Below the pieces are notes generated by a model. The model did no database searches and had not been told where the DNA came from. It saw only the letters and a list, made by a program, of their open reading frames with translations. The position numbers were made by a program, and so were the translations under genes. DNA of 64,000 bases from Octopus bimaculoides (Eukaryota): positions 20,121,313 to 20,185,312 of the forward strand of contig NC_069003.1 in the NCBI RefSeq assembly GCF_001194135.2, written 5' to 3'. Below, one piece after another: positions 1-11,080 of the stretch; position 1 is the first letter of the stretch; every line of letters begins with the position of its first letter.

Positions 1-97
1 TTTCGAACCAATGTTGTTGTTGTTGTTGTTGTAGTTGTTGTTGTTGTTGTTGCTGCTGTTGTTGTTGTTATTGTTGTTGTTGTTGTTGTTGTTGTTG

Positions 98-222
98 TTC
101 AGGTCACTGCCTGGAATCAAACTTGGAATCTTGGGGTTAGTAGCCTGCGCTCTTAACCACTACGCCATATACCCGTGGTTCAGAGCGCGGGCTACTAACC
201 CCAAGATTCCGAGTTTGATTCC

Positions 223-256
<34 letters not shown>

Positions 257-385
257 CATCGAAAAATACCTTAGGAATGAGAACCCAGGTTCAAAAGTTT
301 GTGTTAACAACAAACAAGGTGAGGACAAATATCCGTCAATTGTAAATAATGTACATAATTCCTCCTCTTTCAAATATAGAACTGT
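98..385. mobile_element. Penelope-like terminal-repeat remnant: head-to-head tRNA-like modules, (AAT)n and partial pLTR
   Basis: 98-178 is the reverse complement of the tRNA-like head seen at 3948 and 5632, and 177-222 is a forward partial head. 244-385 matches 4050-4215 with the hammerhead segment deleted. Confidence 0.7.
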
Positions 386-599
386 AATATTTCTCAGTTA
401 GATACATAGATCAGGGATCAGGGAGTCTCTTCAGGCAGAGCCACTACCTCTCTGCATTGAGATGTCACAGTTCCAGTACTATGGATGCATAATTATAATG
501 TCACAAGAATCACAAGACAGATTCTCCAAGCCAAGCCAACTGGCAGGAGACTTAAAGGTTTATTAAATTGAGATCGTTTTATAATATCTATAGACTCAG

Positions 600-760
600 T
601 CGGTCACACTTGAGAATCCAGTTGGAAAGTGTTATGATGGTTGCTTCTGATGGGACCCTATGGAGGAGGTGTTTGAAGAATCTACACCCATGATCCTCCA
701 GGAAAATTGGGTAGAGAAGATGGATGGATGAATCGAACTGATCAAAATTAGAGAAGGAGT
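600..760 (-). mobile_element. Degenerate Penelope-type reverse transcriptase fragment
   Basis: Minus-strand LLYPIF..VPSEATIITLSNWILKCDRLSL resembles the PLE RT segment SLYxxI..P..TI..L..ILK.N.F.F; weak and by eye. Confidence 0.35.
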
Positions 761-1348
761 AAATTGTTGAATAAAAATTTACTTTTATATCTGACAATGA
801 TATGTATTATATCATTGATTTACAAGGCTAATAAGGTCATTAGTTTGACTAATTTAATTGACAATGTTTGAAATGACACTAGTGCCAGTTGTACCAACCT
901 TTACGCTTTTCATTTTGGACAGCACTGGTTGCAGGGATAGGAGAGGCTTGCATACAAGAACAAAGGTCACTGCTAATCTTTCACAAAATGAAAACACCTT
1001 TGCTAATGTTTACATAGAAGGCAGCAAGCTGGTAGAATCATTAACACACCAAACAAAATGCTGAGCAGTATTTTTTCTGCTCTTTACATTCAGAGTTCAA
1101 ATCATGCTAAGATCAACTTTGCTTTTCTTCCCTTTGGGCATCAATAAAATAAAGTATCAATCAAGTACTGTAGTCAATGTAATCAACTTGTCCCATCCCC
1201 TCAAAAAGTTGCCAGCCTTGAACTTTGCTACTGACTAGTATCCTAGTCAGGGGAATGTTGTGATCTCAATCACTTAGACTCCTTGGAAACCATTTAATCA
1301 ACCTTATGAGCCCCAGGGTTTGAGAGAAAATTAAAAGAAGAAGCCTAT

Positions 1349-1725
1349 ATGTATAGGTTCGGATGTGGCTGTGTGGTAAGAAGCTTGCTTCCCATCCACA
1401 CAGTTCCAAGTTCAGTTCCGTTACATGGCACTTTGGGCATGTGTCTTTTACTACAGTCTTGGGCAGCCCGAAGCTTTATGAGTGGATTTGATAGACAGAA
1501 ACTAAAAGAAGCCTGTCGTGTATGTCTTTGTATGTGTGTTTGTCCCCTGTTTGACAACCAGTGTTGGTGTGTTTATGTCCCAGTAACTTAACAGTTTGGC
1601 AAAGAAAAACAGTAGGATAAGTACCAATTTTTATAAAAGGTAAGTACTGGGATCAATTTGTTCAACTAAATTTTTTCAAGGCAGCGCTCCAGCATGGCTG
1701 CAAACAAGTAAAAGGTAAAAGAAAA
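1349..1725 (+). mobile_element. tRNA-derived CORE-type SINE
   Basis: A-box tggctgtgtggtaag, B-box-like gttcagttcc, CORE-like actttgggcatgtgtct, internal (TG)n and the same 3' tail as the copy at 18306. Confidence 0.75.
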
Positions 1726-1863
1726 AAGATGTATATGTGCAGATTCATGATGAAACCTGGCTGAGAGAGGCCCTAGATTAGCCAGGTTAACTACTGAGGC
1801 AATTAGATTAAAGTAGAGTGTTTTTACCTAAGGGATGCTTCATAATTTCTTTTAATTTTGCAG

Positions 1864-2050
1864 GCTCCTTTACATATAGATATTGAATCCTCTGCTCTAA
1901 TCACCATGGATGTACATGCCCACATGTTTAAAACAGAAGTAGTTGGGCTTTTAGGAGGGGAATGTTCTCCTGAAGGCAACCGCATGAAAATAAAAACTGC
2001 TATGCCTTGTCGGAGTATAAGTACAGGTATTCAGTGTGAAATGGATGCAG
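1864..2050 (+). CDS. MYSM1: MYSM1 (JAMM/MPN+ histone H2A deubiquitinase) internal exon, N-terminal half of MPN domain
   Basis: Acceptor tttaattttgcag, donor G|gtaagt, 187 nt ending in phase 1. Translates APLHIDIESSALITMDVHAHMFKTEVVGLLGG...PCRSISTGIQCEMDA. The STGxQCEMD segment matches MYSM1 rather than MPND (recalled human EALLIMDLHAH..EVIGLLGG..PCNSLSTGLQCEMDP). Confidence 0.9.
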
Positions 2051-3361
2051 GTAAGTACCTCCTTGCTTTTTTTTTTCTTTTTAATTCCTTAAATTCCTTT
2101 TTTCTTCTTTCACTTTTTATTATCACCATTATCATCTTTTTAACATCCATTTTTCCATGCTTGCATGGGTTGGATGGAATTTAGATGAAGTGTCACCAAC
2201 CCTCATCTGTTTCTATGTAATATGTAAGCATGTATTTATGTATGTATGCTTATGTGTGTGTACATGCATGTATCTGTACATGTATGCTTGTGTATATCTG
2301 TACATATACATGTGTGTGTATGGCCTAGTAGATCAGAATGTCATGAGTTATAAAGTTTCTGAGTTCAAATTCAACCTGCCACTATATCACATCCATATGA
2401 ATAAGATACTTCATGGTGATTTGAGATCATTCGAATCAAAATTATAGAGGTAATTATTGAATAAATAATTTTGCTTTCATATCTAATGGTGATGTCAATT
2501 ATCTAATTATAATCCTATTATCATTGATATAGGATTATATCAATATCATATAGGAAGATGTTGGATGAGATGGTGAAAAATGATCTTTGGTTGTTGAGTC
2601 CGACAAAGGCAATGACAAGTGACCGAGACTTCTGTTGATTTGCTTTGCTTGAGAAGACATGTCAAGCTAAGTGAAACTGGCATGCGTTATATGGTTTGTG
2701 AAATTGTGGTAGTGGCATGTGCTGGTGACACATAAAAAGCACCTGTACTGGTGACATCTAAAAGACACCCAGTACGCTCTGTAAAGTGGTTGGTATTAGG
2801 AAGGGCATCCAGCAATAGAACTCATACCAAAACAGATGACTGGAGCCTTCTACAGCTCTCCAGCTTACCAGCTCCATTCAAAATGTCTAACCCATGCCAG
2901 CTTGGAAAACAGACATTAAATAATGATGATGATGATGATATTTTAGAAGACCATTTTAATAACGTCATTTGGTTGACTAATTATAGTTTAGGTACTTTCC
3001 TATTATCAACAGCCAATTAAAAAAAATATTAAAGGATTAATAAATAATATAATATATTCATGAAACAGGTGTAATATTTGATTGGCAAACTTTTGGAATA
3101 GCTATCACTTATAAAAGTTTCATTTAATTGTAATAGATATATTTTACAAGATTAATGAGGTTAATGAATAATTTAACTGATTATAATCCTATTTTAATTG
3201 ATGTATTTTACTAGGCTGATAACATCATTAGTTTGATTAATTATAATTTGTCATTGATATATTTTGTAAGATTAGTGAAGTATATTATAGCCTGGTTAAT
3301 TATAAACCTTATTCACATTATTTACAATTGACAGATATTTGTCCTCATCTTGTTTGTTGTT

Positions 3362-3407
3362 AACACAACGTTTCGGCTGATGTACCTTCCAGCCTTCATC
3401 AGGTGTC
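3362..3407 (-). ncRNA. Minimal type I hammerhead ribozyme (PLE type)
   Basis: Reverse complement GACAC-CUGAUGA-A-GGCUG-GAAGGUACAU-CAGCC-GAAA-CG-UU-GUGUU. Core intact, stem II GGCUG/CAGCC, palindromic AACGUU stem III, stem I GACAC/GUGUU. Confidence 0.75.
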
Positions 3408-3947
3408 TTGGGGAAATTTCGAACCTGGGTTCTCATTCGTAAGGTATTTTTCAATGTTGTTGTTGTTGTTGCTGTTGTTTTTGTCCTCCCATATGACATC
3501 AGGACAGTATTCAAAAGTAATACAATACTTCGCAAATATCTCCTTCGAGTAAAACCACCAATAAAAGAGAATATGACTAAGAACTGCGTGTACTCCATCC
3601 CATGCAGCTGTGGTAGATTATACAAAGGCAAAACATGCCGCCCCCTCAAAATAAGGGTAGACTAACATCGCAAAGCTGTGACATGAGGCGATATTGATAA
3701 ATCGGGTATAGCTGATCATGTATGGGAAAATGGAGACCACCTCCCCCTGTGGGATGGAGTTAAAATAATAGACAGAGAACACCACTGGAAAATACGAAAA
3801 CTGAAAGAAGCAGCACATATGCTAGGACACAACAACCTCCTAAACAGACCAAGTACAGACATGAACAGCATATTGGGAACCGGTATTAAGGAAGGATAGA
3901 AAAATATTAGATTTATAAGTCCTAAAATTCACTCCATAATTGCCCAC

Positions 3948-4023
3948 GGGCATATGGCATAGTGGTTAAGAGCGCAGGCTACTAACCCCAATATTCTGAG
4001 TTTGATTCCAGGCAGTGACCTGA
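3948..4023 (+). repeat. tRNA-like Pol III head inside the PLE terminal repeat
   Basis: A-box TGGCATAGTGG, B-box-like GAGTTTGATTC, anticodon-like loop CT-ACT-AA. The acceptor and anticodon stems pair poorly, so it is not a functional tRNA. Confidence 0.7.
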
Positions 4024-4092
4024 GTAATAATAATAATAATAACAACAACAAAATACCTTAAGAATGAGAACCCAAGTTTGAAATTTCCCCAA

Positions 4093-4138
4093 GACACCTG
4101 ATGAAGGCTGGAGGGTATATCAGCTGAAACGTTGTGTT
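4093..4138 (+). ncRNA. Minimal type I hammerhead ribozyme (PLE type), second copy
   Basis: GACAC-CUGAUGA-A-GGCUG-GAGGGUAUAU-CAGCU-GAAA-CG-UU-GUGUU; a C-to-U change gives a G-U pair at the base of stem II. Confidence 0.7.
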
Positions 4139-4737
4139 AACAACAAACAAGATGAGGGCAAATATCTGTCAGTTGTAAATAATGTACATAATTCCTCCTC
4201 TCTTAGATATAGAACTGAATTATAAACCTATTATATATAATAATAAACGTGAAATTCTGTCTGCACAGAGTGCAGCTTTTTTAAGTTAGTCATTGATATA
4301 GTCTAAAAAGTGAAGGCCGATGGCTTAGTGGTGCACTCAGGATTGCTAAATTGTTTGAATCACAGTTTCAAATTTCCAGACCAATGATGCATTGTATTCT
4401 TCAGCAAAACAATTTCATATTACCCCAGTCCACTCAGCTGTAAATGGGTAACCTTGTGATGGACTGACATCCCATTCAGAGGAATGTCAGTCTGCCCATC
4501 TTGTCAGCAGTATGGCATCATTCAAAAACTACAACAATGCTCTGAAGCACATTGAGACCAGCAGTGTATAACAATATCCAGTAGTCTGATTGATAAAGTG
4601 ATATTTTAAAAAGCTAATTATGTTTATTGAGATTTTTATAATCTAATTGTCATTGATAAATTTTATAAGTTCGTCTTGAGCGTATGAATGTTATCTTAAT
4701 TATTTTCTTAATTTCTTTGTCTTTCTGTTTATTTTAG

Positions 4738-4865
4738 TGTCTCAAACTGAAGTGGGTACCGTCATAACTGAGTTAGGACAGTCTGTAGTTGGATGGTATC
4801 ATTCACACCCTACATTTGCAGCCAACCCTTCCACTAGGGATATTGAAAGTCAACTAAAATATCAG
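4738..4865 (+). CDS. MYSM1: MYSM1 internal exon carrying the JAMM metal-binding motif
   Basis: Acceptor ctttctgtttattttag, donor CAG|gtgaga, phase 1 to 0, joins the previous exon in frame. (V)[42 protein letters not shown] contains an intact H-S-H-x7-S-x2-D. Confidence 0.92.
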
Positions 4866-5142
4866 GTGAGATCACTGGATTTGTTCTTTGTTCTGGGTAG
4901 AGGGTAAGCTAGCAGAATTGTTAGAGGGTTAGAAAAATGCTTTACAGTATTTCTTCCAGCTCTGTATGTTTTGGTTTCAAATCCTGCTGAAGTTGAATTT
5001 GCCTTACAACTGTTTGGGAAGGGTCCCAGTAACATAGAGTATCAGTGAACCAGTGAAATACTAGGGTTAGTAATATAGACTAACTCATTCCCCTCAAAAT
5101 CGCTGGCCTTCTGTCTAAATGAGAAACAATTATTATTATTAT

Positions 5143-5300
5143 TCAGTAGTCTTATTTTTATCATGTGCTGTCACTACACTACCGAGCACAGCTCTGTGTG
5201 CCTTGGGTATGTGCTGTGGTTTGTTGTGATGCTCTTATTTTCACTGTATTGAAGTTGTTTTACATAGGATGTGTGTGGGTCCTAGTAGTGCTATTTTCTA
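5143..5300 (-). mobile_element. 3' end of an R4/Dong-type RLE retrotransposon
   Basis: Homologous to 39076-39240 (caccgagcacagctctgtgtgccttgggtatgtgctgtgg); ends in a (TAA)n run. Confidence 0.6.
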
Positions 5301-5358
5301 TAGTAGTGCTATTTTCTATATACTTGTAAGACATCATCATCATCACCGCTGCCGCCGC

Positions 5359-5409
<51 letters not shown>

Positions 5410-5631
5410 GGCAGCATGCTGGCAGAATTGTTAGCGTGCCAGGCAAAATGCTTTGCGACATTTTGTCTGTCCTTAAGTTCAAATTCCTTCCAGGTTTAAT
5501 AAATCAAGTACCAGTGAAACATTGAGATCAATCTAATCTACTCGTCCTCTCCCCCAAAATGGCTGCCCTTGTGGCAAAATTTGAAGCCATTATTATTATT
5601 TACATTATTTACATTATTTACATATGCCCAC

Positions 5632-5706
5632 GGGCATATGGCATAGTGGTTAAGAGCGCAGGCTACTAACCCCAAGGTTCCGAGTTCGATTCACGGCAGC
5701 GACCTG
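5632..5706 (+). repeat. tRNA-like Pol III head plus (AAT)n, same family as 3948; continuation lost in N-gap
   Basis: TGGCATAGTGGTTAAG A-box and canonical GAGTTCGATTC B-box, followed by (AAT)n up to the gap at 5757. Confidence 0.75.
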
Positions 5707-5713
5707 ATTAATA

Positions 5714-5755
<42 letters not shown>

Positions 5756-7040
5756 GNNNNNNNNNNNNNNNNNNNNNNNNNNNNNNNNNNNNNNNNNNNN
5801 NNNNNNNNNNNNNNNNNNNNNNNNNNNNNNNNNNNNNNNNNNNNNNNNNNNNNNNNNNNNNNNNNNNNNNNNNNNNNNNNNNNNNNNNNNNNNNNNNNNN
5901 NNNNNNNNNNNNNNNNNNNNNNNNNNNNNNNNNNNNNNNNNNNNNNNNNNNNNNNNNNNNNNNNNNNNNNNNNNNNNNNNNNNNNNNNNNNNNNNNNNNN
6001 NNNNNNNNNNNNNNNNNNNNNNNNNNNNNNNNNNNNNNNNNNNNNNNNNNNNNNNNNNNNNNNNNNNNNNNNNNNNNNNNNNNNNNNNNNNNNNNNNNNN
6101 NNNNNNNNNNNNNNNNNNNNNNNNNNNNNNNNNNNNNNNNNNNNNNNNNNNNNNNNNNNNNNNNNNNNNNNNNNNNNNNNNNNNNNNNNNNNNNNNNNNN
6201 NNNNNNNNNNNNNNNNNNNNNNNNNNNNNNNNNNNNNNNNNNNNNNNNNNNNNNNNNNNNNNNNNNNNNNNNNNNNNNNNNNNNNNNNNNNNNNNNNNNN
6301 NNNNNNNNNNNNNNNNNNNNNNNNNNNNNNNNNNNNNNNNNNNNNNNNNNNNNNNNNNNNNNNNNNNNNNNNNNNNNNNNNNNNNNNNNNNNNNNNNNNN
6401 NNNNNNNNNNNNNNNNNNNNNNNNNNNNNNNNNNNNNNNNNNNNNNNNNNNNNNNNNNNNNNNNNNNNNNNNNNNNNNNNNNNNNNNNNNNNNNNNNNNN
6501 NNNNNNNNNNNNNNNNNNNNNNNNNNNNNNNNNNNNNNNNNNNNNNNNNNNNNNNNNNNNNNNNNNNNNNNNNNNNNNNNNNNNNNNNNNNNNNNNNNNN
6601 NNNNNNNNNNNNNNNNNNNNNNNNNNNNNNNNNNNNNNNNNNNNNNNNNNNNNNNNNNNNNNNNNNNNNNNNNNNNNNNNNNNNNNNNNNNNNNNNNNNN
6701 NNNNNNNNNNNNNNNNNNNNNNNNNNNNNNNNNNNNNNNNNNNNNNNNNNNNTATATATATACATATATATATATATATATAGAAATGATACAACAGGCT
6801 TCTTTCAGTTTCCTTCTACAAGATCCTCTCCCAAGGCTTTGCTCATCTTGTGGCTATAGTTCAAAGCACTCGCCCAAGGTGCTAAGCTGTGGGTCTGAAA
6901 CTGAGATGACATAGTTGGGAAGCATGCTGCTCAGATATGCCTGCACCCATATATGAATAGTGATACGCAGTGCTTGAGAAAACCCATCCATCTCAGTAGA
7001 TTTGAGGTTCTTGCAAGCATTCTCCCACAACTCACCTAAT

Positions 7041-7132
7041 ACCCAGTCTTCCATCAGTCACCCAGTCTTTCATCAGTCACCCAGTCTTCCATCAGTCAAC
7101 CAGTCTTCCATCAGTCAACCAGTCTTCCATCA
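7041..7132. repeat. 19-bp minisatellite (acccagtcttccatcagtc), about 4.8 copies
   Basis: Direct tandem units starting at 7041, 7060, 7079, 7098 and 7117. Confidence 0.9.
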
Positions 7133-7811
7133 TGTTACCCTTTTCCTTCACTTCCTCTCCTGATATTCTCTGCATCTAACTCATTCCCTGTCTCTAATCA
7201 TTTGTCACACTATTCACAGTCAGTGCACTTACACATCCACCACCCACCTTTTCTGTTTTTGTGTCCTATGCTCCCTATCTCTCTCCCCACACTCCAGATG
7301 GGCAAGCCGTGTATTCACCTCTTCAGTGTCTTGTGAGTACTTGGTGATCTCACCAGTGTTGGAGCCATGTAAAAAGCACCCGATACATTCTGTGAAGAGC
7401 TTGGCATTAGGAAGGGTATCCAGCTGTAGAAGCCATGCCAGTGCACACATTAGAACTTGGTGCAGCCCTCAAGCTCATCTGTTCATGTCAAACTGTCCAA
7501 CCCATGCCAGCATAGAAAAAGAGATGTCAAATTATGATGGACCCAGTTAAATGACTGAAGTATGTAAAAGAATAAAAGAATATATATATCTATCTATCTA
7601 TATATATNNNNNNNNNNGAAATGACAAAAGAATAACCAATTATGGTTATGAACTTCATTAACTCACTACTGTCTCTGCTATAAGATGCAGTGAACTCTGA
7701 TATAAATACAATGACCTCGTAGTGCAGTTGATGGAACAGTTGTAACTATACTCAGTTGTGTTTAAAACTGACAAAGGATGTATTTTTTACTTTTATACCA
7801 ATCTATTACAG

Positions 7812-7978
7812 ATGTGCCTTTCAAACATACATACCAAGAACTGAATAACGTTTTGGACATGGAGAAATGTCTGGACATCATAGAGCAACTATTGTCTGAC
7901 CAACATTCACAAATGGAGAATAAAATTGACCTCAAGAAACTCTACGACCATTCTACAGAAGTCACCTGTCTTTCAAAG
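7812..7978 (+). CDS. MYSM1: MYSM1 internal exon, C-terminal region after the MPN domain
   Basis: Acceptor atctattacag, donor AAG|gttagt, phase 1 to 0. xVPFKHTYQELNNVLDMEKCLDIIEQ...KKLYDHSTEVTCLSK aligns to recalled MYSM1 LPYKFEVQQ...MDKIFRRDSDLTCLQK. Confidence 0.8.
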
Positions 7979-8109
7979 GTTAGTCTTTTCCTCTCATTAT
8001 TTTCCAGCTTCATCATATTCTCACAATTCCTATCAATTCCTTTTCTCAATGGTTTCTTCTTTTTCAGCTCCTCCTCCTCCTCCTTGCTGTTGTTTTCCTT
8101 CTCTTAGAC

Positions 8110-8355
8110 CAATGGTTCTCAACCATTTTTTTAACCTATGGACCCCTTTGATTCTTATTTTACGTGGCTGGACCCACATAACCATTCCATATTTGAAAAT
8201 CCTATTATATTTTTTTAGAAATTGTATGAAAAATTGTTAAAATATTTCATGCATTGTAGAAGTATAAGCAAATTATTGAGCATAAACTTGAACCACAAAA
8301 TTTCATATGGACCCCCCCCCCCCCGGCCCATATCGACCTCACCTGAGAACCACTG
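8110..8355. mobile_element. hAT (Charlie-like) MITE
   Basis: TIRs CAATGGTTCTCAA and CTGAGAACCACTG; 8-bp TSD TCTTAGAC (8102-8109) and TCTTAGAT (8356-8363). Confidence 0.8.
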
Positions 8356-8984
8356 TCTTAGATTCTCTCTCTCCCCTCCCTCTTTTTCCTCTCACATCTC
8401 CCCATTCATAATTACTTTACTCTTCATTAGTCCAGTAGTTTACATCTCATCTAATTACAAAGCCCCATCCCTTACAAAATTAATTCCTTTACTTTGGTGC
8501 TAACTGTTTAACAATAAATGTTTTTATTCTTTTATTGTTCTTTAATTATTGTTGGTTAACCCAGATCAGCTGTAATCAATCAAACTTATGATCCAAGGTG
8601 TTCCAGTGAGGGCCTATAAGAAAGGTGTTTAGCCAGTATGTTGGCCTGGAGGAGGCCAAAGAGCCAAGGAAAGGACCCATGAATATCTGGTGGGCCTCTC
8701 TCCCTAAAAAAAAAGCTCCTCACAGCCTCCTTGAATTTTGAGGGGAGCTTCTCTCTCCTAGGTCTTGAATATAGTCCTGTTCCATTTTGCCAGATTTCTT
8801 TCAGAAATTCTTGTTCCTGTCATGACTATCTCTCCTTTTCAGTCTTATTTAGGACTGCAATATCTAATGTGTCCTCTTGTTTAAGATGGTAGGGTATGAT
8901 TTAATGGAGAATTGACCGATATTTCAAGTATGTTGAATAATTACATAGAGGATCTCCATTATTGGCTCAATGTGCTTACACTTT

Positions 8985-9094
8985 AAGGCACCTCCTATGC
9001 TGGAAGGTACCTATGTATTAAAAAGTACACGTGTGCTGGAAGGTACCTTTGTGATGGAAAATCATTGTGCTGGGAGACACCTCTGTGCTGGATA
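8985..9094. repeat. Short degenerate array of the 18-bp gtgctggaaggtacctgt minisatellite
   Basis: Same unit as 11081-11725; lies in the last MYSM1 intron. Confidence 0.7.
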
Positions 9095-9574
9095 TTAGGG
9101 TCTTGATACAGTCCTCTGACTTGCTAGCTTCTGTCAAACTGTCCAACCCATACCAGCATGGAAAACAGATGATCTTAAATGGTGATGAGGAAGATGATGA
9201 CAACGACAACGACGACCATCATCATCATCATCATCATCATCATCATTATTATTATTATTTAACATCCATTCTCTATACACACACATATTAATGCAAACAT
9301 GTATGTATAATTTCTTGCATACTGAAAATAATATAACATAGAGAAGGTTGTGAAACAGCTCTAATTCTATGGAAATCATATGGCTAAATAAATCTATATT
9401 TCACTTCTCACATCTCCTGACTTTATACTTATATATATATGTATGTGTATATGTATGTATGTATGTGTATATGTATGTATGTATGTGTGTGTGTGTATGT
9501 ATGTATTTATTAAAGGGAAAAGGAAAACAAAACCAAAGCAGAGCGAGTTTTTCAGGTCATTTAGAGTATTCAAT

Positions 9575-9870
9575 TAGAGTAATGTCAGTGTGCACACATG
9601 ACAGAGTGTAAGCGCCCTGAGAGAAATGTTGGACATAAGAAGCATCAGATGTGGTGTGCAAGAGAGACGACTGCTCTTATGGTCATGTGCTGCGTATTGA
9701 TGAGGAGCGCTGTGTGAAAAGGTGTCACTCCCTAACAGGAAGACATGGGATGAGGTAGTGAAGCATGACCTTCGAACGTTGGGTCTCACAGAGGCAATGA
9801 TGAAAGACTGAAACCTCTGGAGATATGCTGCCATTGAGAAGACCCGGCAAGTAAAGTGAGATCACAGCCA
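9575..9870 (+). mobile_element. RTE-clade LINE 3' fragment
   Basis: LREMLDIRSIRCGVQERRL...RKTWDEVVKHDLRTLGLTEAMMKD..LWRYA, frameshifted. Confidence 0.65.
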
Positions 9871-10790
9871 TAACCTACACCAGTGTCACATAACCAGCCC
9901 ATTTAAAAAGTACCCTTGAATCGTCGGGTGATATGCCGTGCTTGAGGAGTCCTATTGAGTCAAGTGAAATCAAAATCAAATCACAATCAAATGGAAATTG
10001 TAGTTGTTGCCAATGCCAGTGATGCCTGATTTGCTCCCATGCTGGTGGCATGCAATAAGCACCATTCATGCATGGATTGTTGCCAGTGCCGCCTGACTGG
10101 CTCTCCGTGTCGGTGGCACATGAAAAGCACCATGTGAACGTGGTAGTGCCAGATGACCAGTTATAGCACTTATATAGTGTACCTATTGGATGAGATCATC
10201 AGTGAACTAAACCCCTCATATTCCTTATATATGTATGAATGTGTGTTTTCTCCCACCACTGTTTAACAATTGTTGGTTTGTTTGCATCCCTGTAACTGAG
10301 TGGTTCAGCAAAAGAGAACCATAGGAATAAGTACTAGGTTTAAAAAATAAGTGCTGGGGTTGATTTGCTTGACTAAACCCTTCAAAGAAATGCCCCAACA
10401 TGGCTACAGTCCAGTGACAAAAAAAAAAAATAAAAGCTAAAAAAATCATAAAGCCCACACATGGTTAAATCAATTGACTTCATAATTTAATTAAAATTTA
10501 ACAGAAAATCATTGTTGTAATGTACTGATCTCAAATTTTAAATTTTAAAATGACCATCATAGTTACTACATTCGCTTGGATGAAGCAGGGTCATTGCTAT
10601 GTCACTGCAACATGGCAGGACCTATGTAAACTTACATTTTTCAGCTATTCACTTTTGATGATGGGGCTTTGTGCCTGACATATATGATGGTTACTTAACT
10701 TTCCTATTTTGCATTGTTAAAAGCTTTCCATCTTCATTGTTTCTTATTTGAAATTTTAACTTTTATTTTTATTTTAATTCTCTTTTGTAG

Positions 10791-10937
10791 ATGGTTATGT
10801 CTATTGGAAGCTACATCTCAAAAGACCATCCACAGAGGCAGCAGTTTTTAGAAGCAGTTGAGAAATGCTTTGAAAAGCTGCCACAACTTCAGAAAGACTC
10901 TCTTCAATTTAATGCTGATTTAAGCAATGAAAAATGA
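10791..10937 (+). CDS. MYSM1: MYSM1 terminal coding exon
   Basis: Long polypyrimidine acceptor ending tcttttgtag, phase 0, 49 codons MVMSIGSYISKDHPQRQQFLEAVEKCFEKLPQLQKDSLQFNADLSNEK*. The FLEAVEKCF segment resembles the MYSM1 C-terminal helix (FLTEIENLF). Confidence 0.7.
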   Translation: MVMSIGSYISKDHPQRQQFLEAVEKCFEKLPQLQKDSLQFNADLSNEK

Positions 10938-11080
10938 CAGAATAGAATCTAGTCACTAACAATGGCATTCAAACTTATTGCATGTTTTGGAGAAAGAAAT
11001 TCCATTTAGTTGTTTATTAATGGTTCAATTCAAGCAAAGTGCACTAATTATTGATTGATAAAATCAATACCAATTTTTAA

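Larger units (their letters stand above)
3296..4215 (+). mobile_element. 5'-truncated Penelope-like element: GIY-YIG endonuclease flanked by inverted pseudo-LTRs
   Basis: KNCVYSIPCSCGRLYKGKTCRPLKIRV*HRK...SGIADHVW..H...W..VKII..E..WKIRKLKEA (GIY-YIG; one stop). 3300-3450 is the reverse complement of 4050-4200. Confidence 0.85.

Noticed and set aside
5632-5706. Possible tRNA gene with ACT anticodon
   Set aside because: Acceptor and anticodon stems do not pair properly, it is multi-copy and always tied to (AAT)n or pLTR sequence; treated as a retroelement head.
5650-6794. Long ORFs of 160-580 aa in the track (also 39293-39871, 46826-47778, 51514-52722)
   Set aside because: They run through N-gaps; the X stretches are not sequence.
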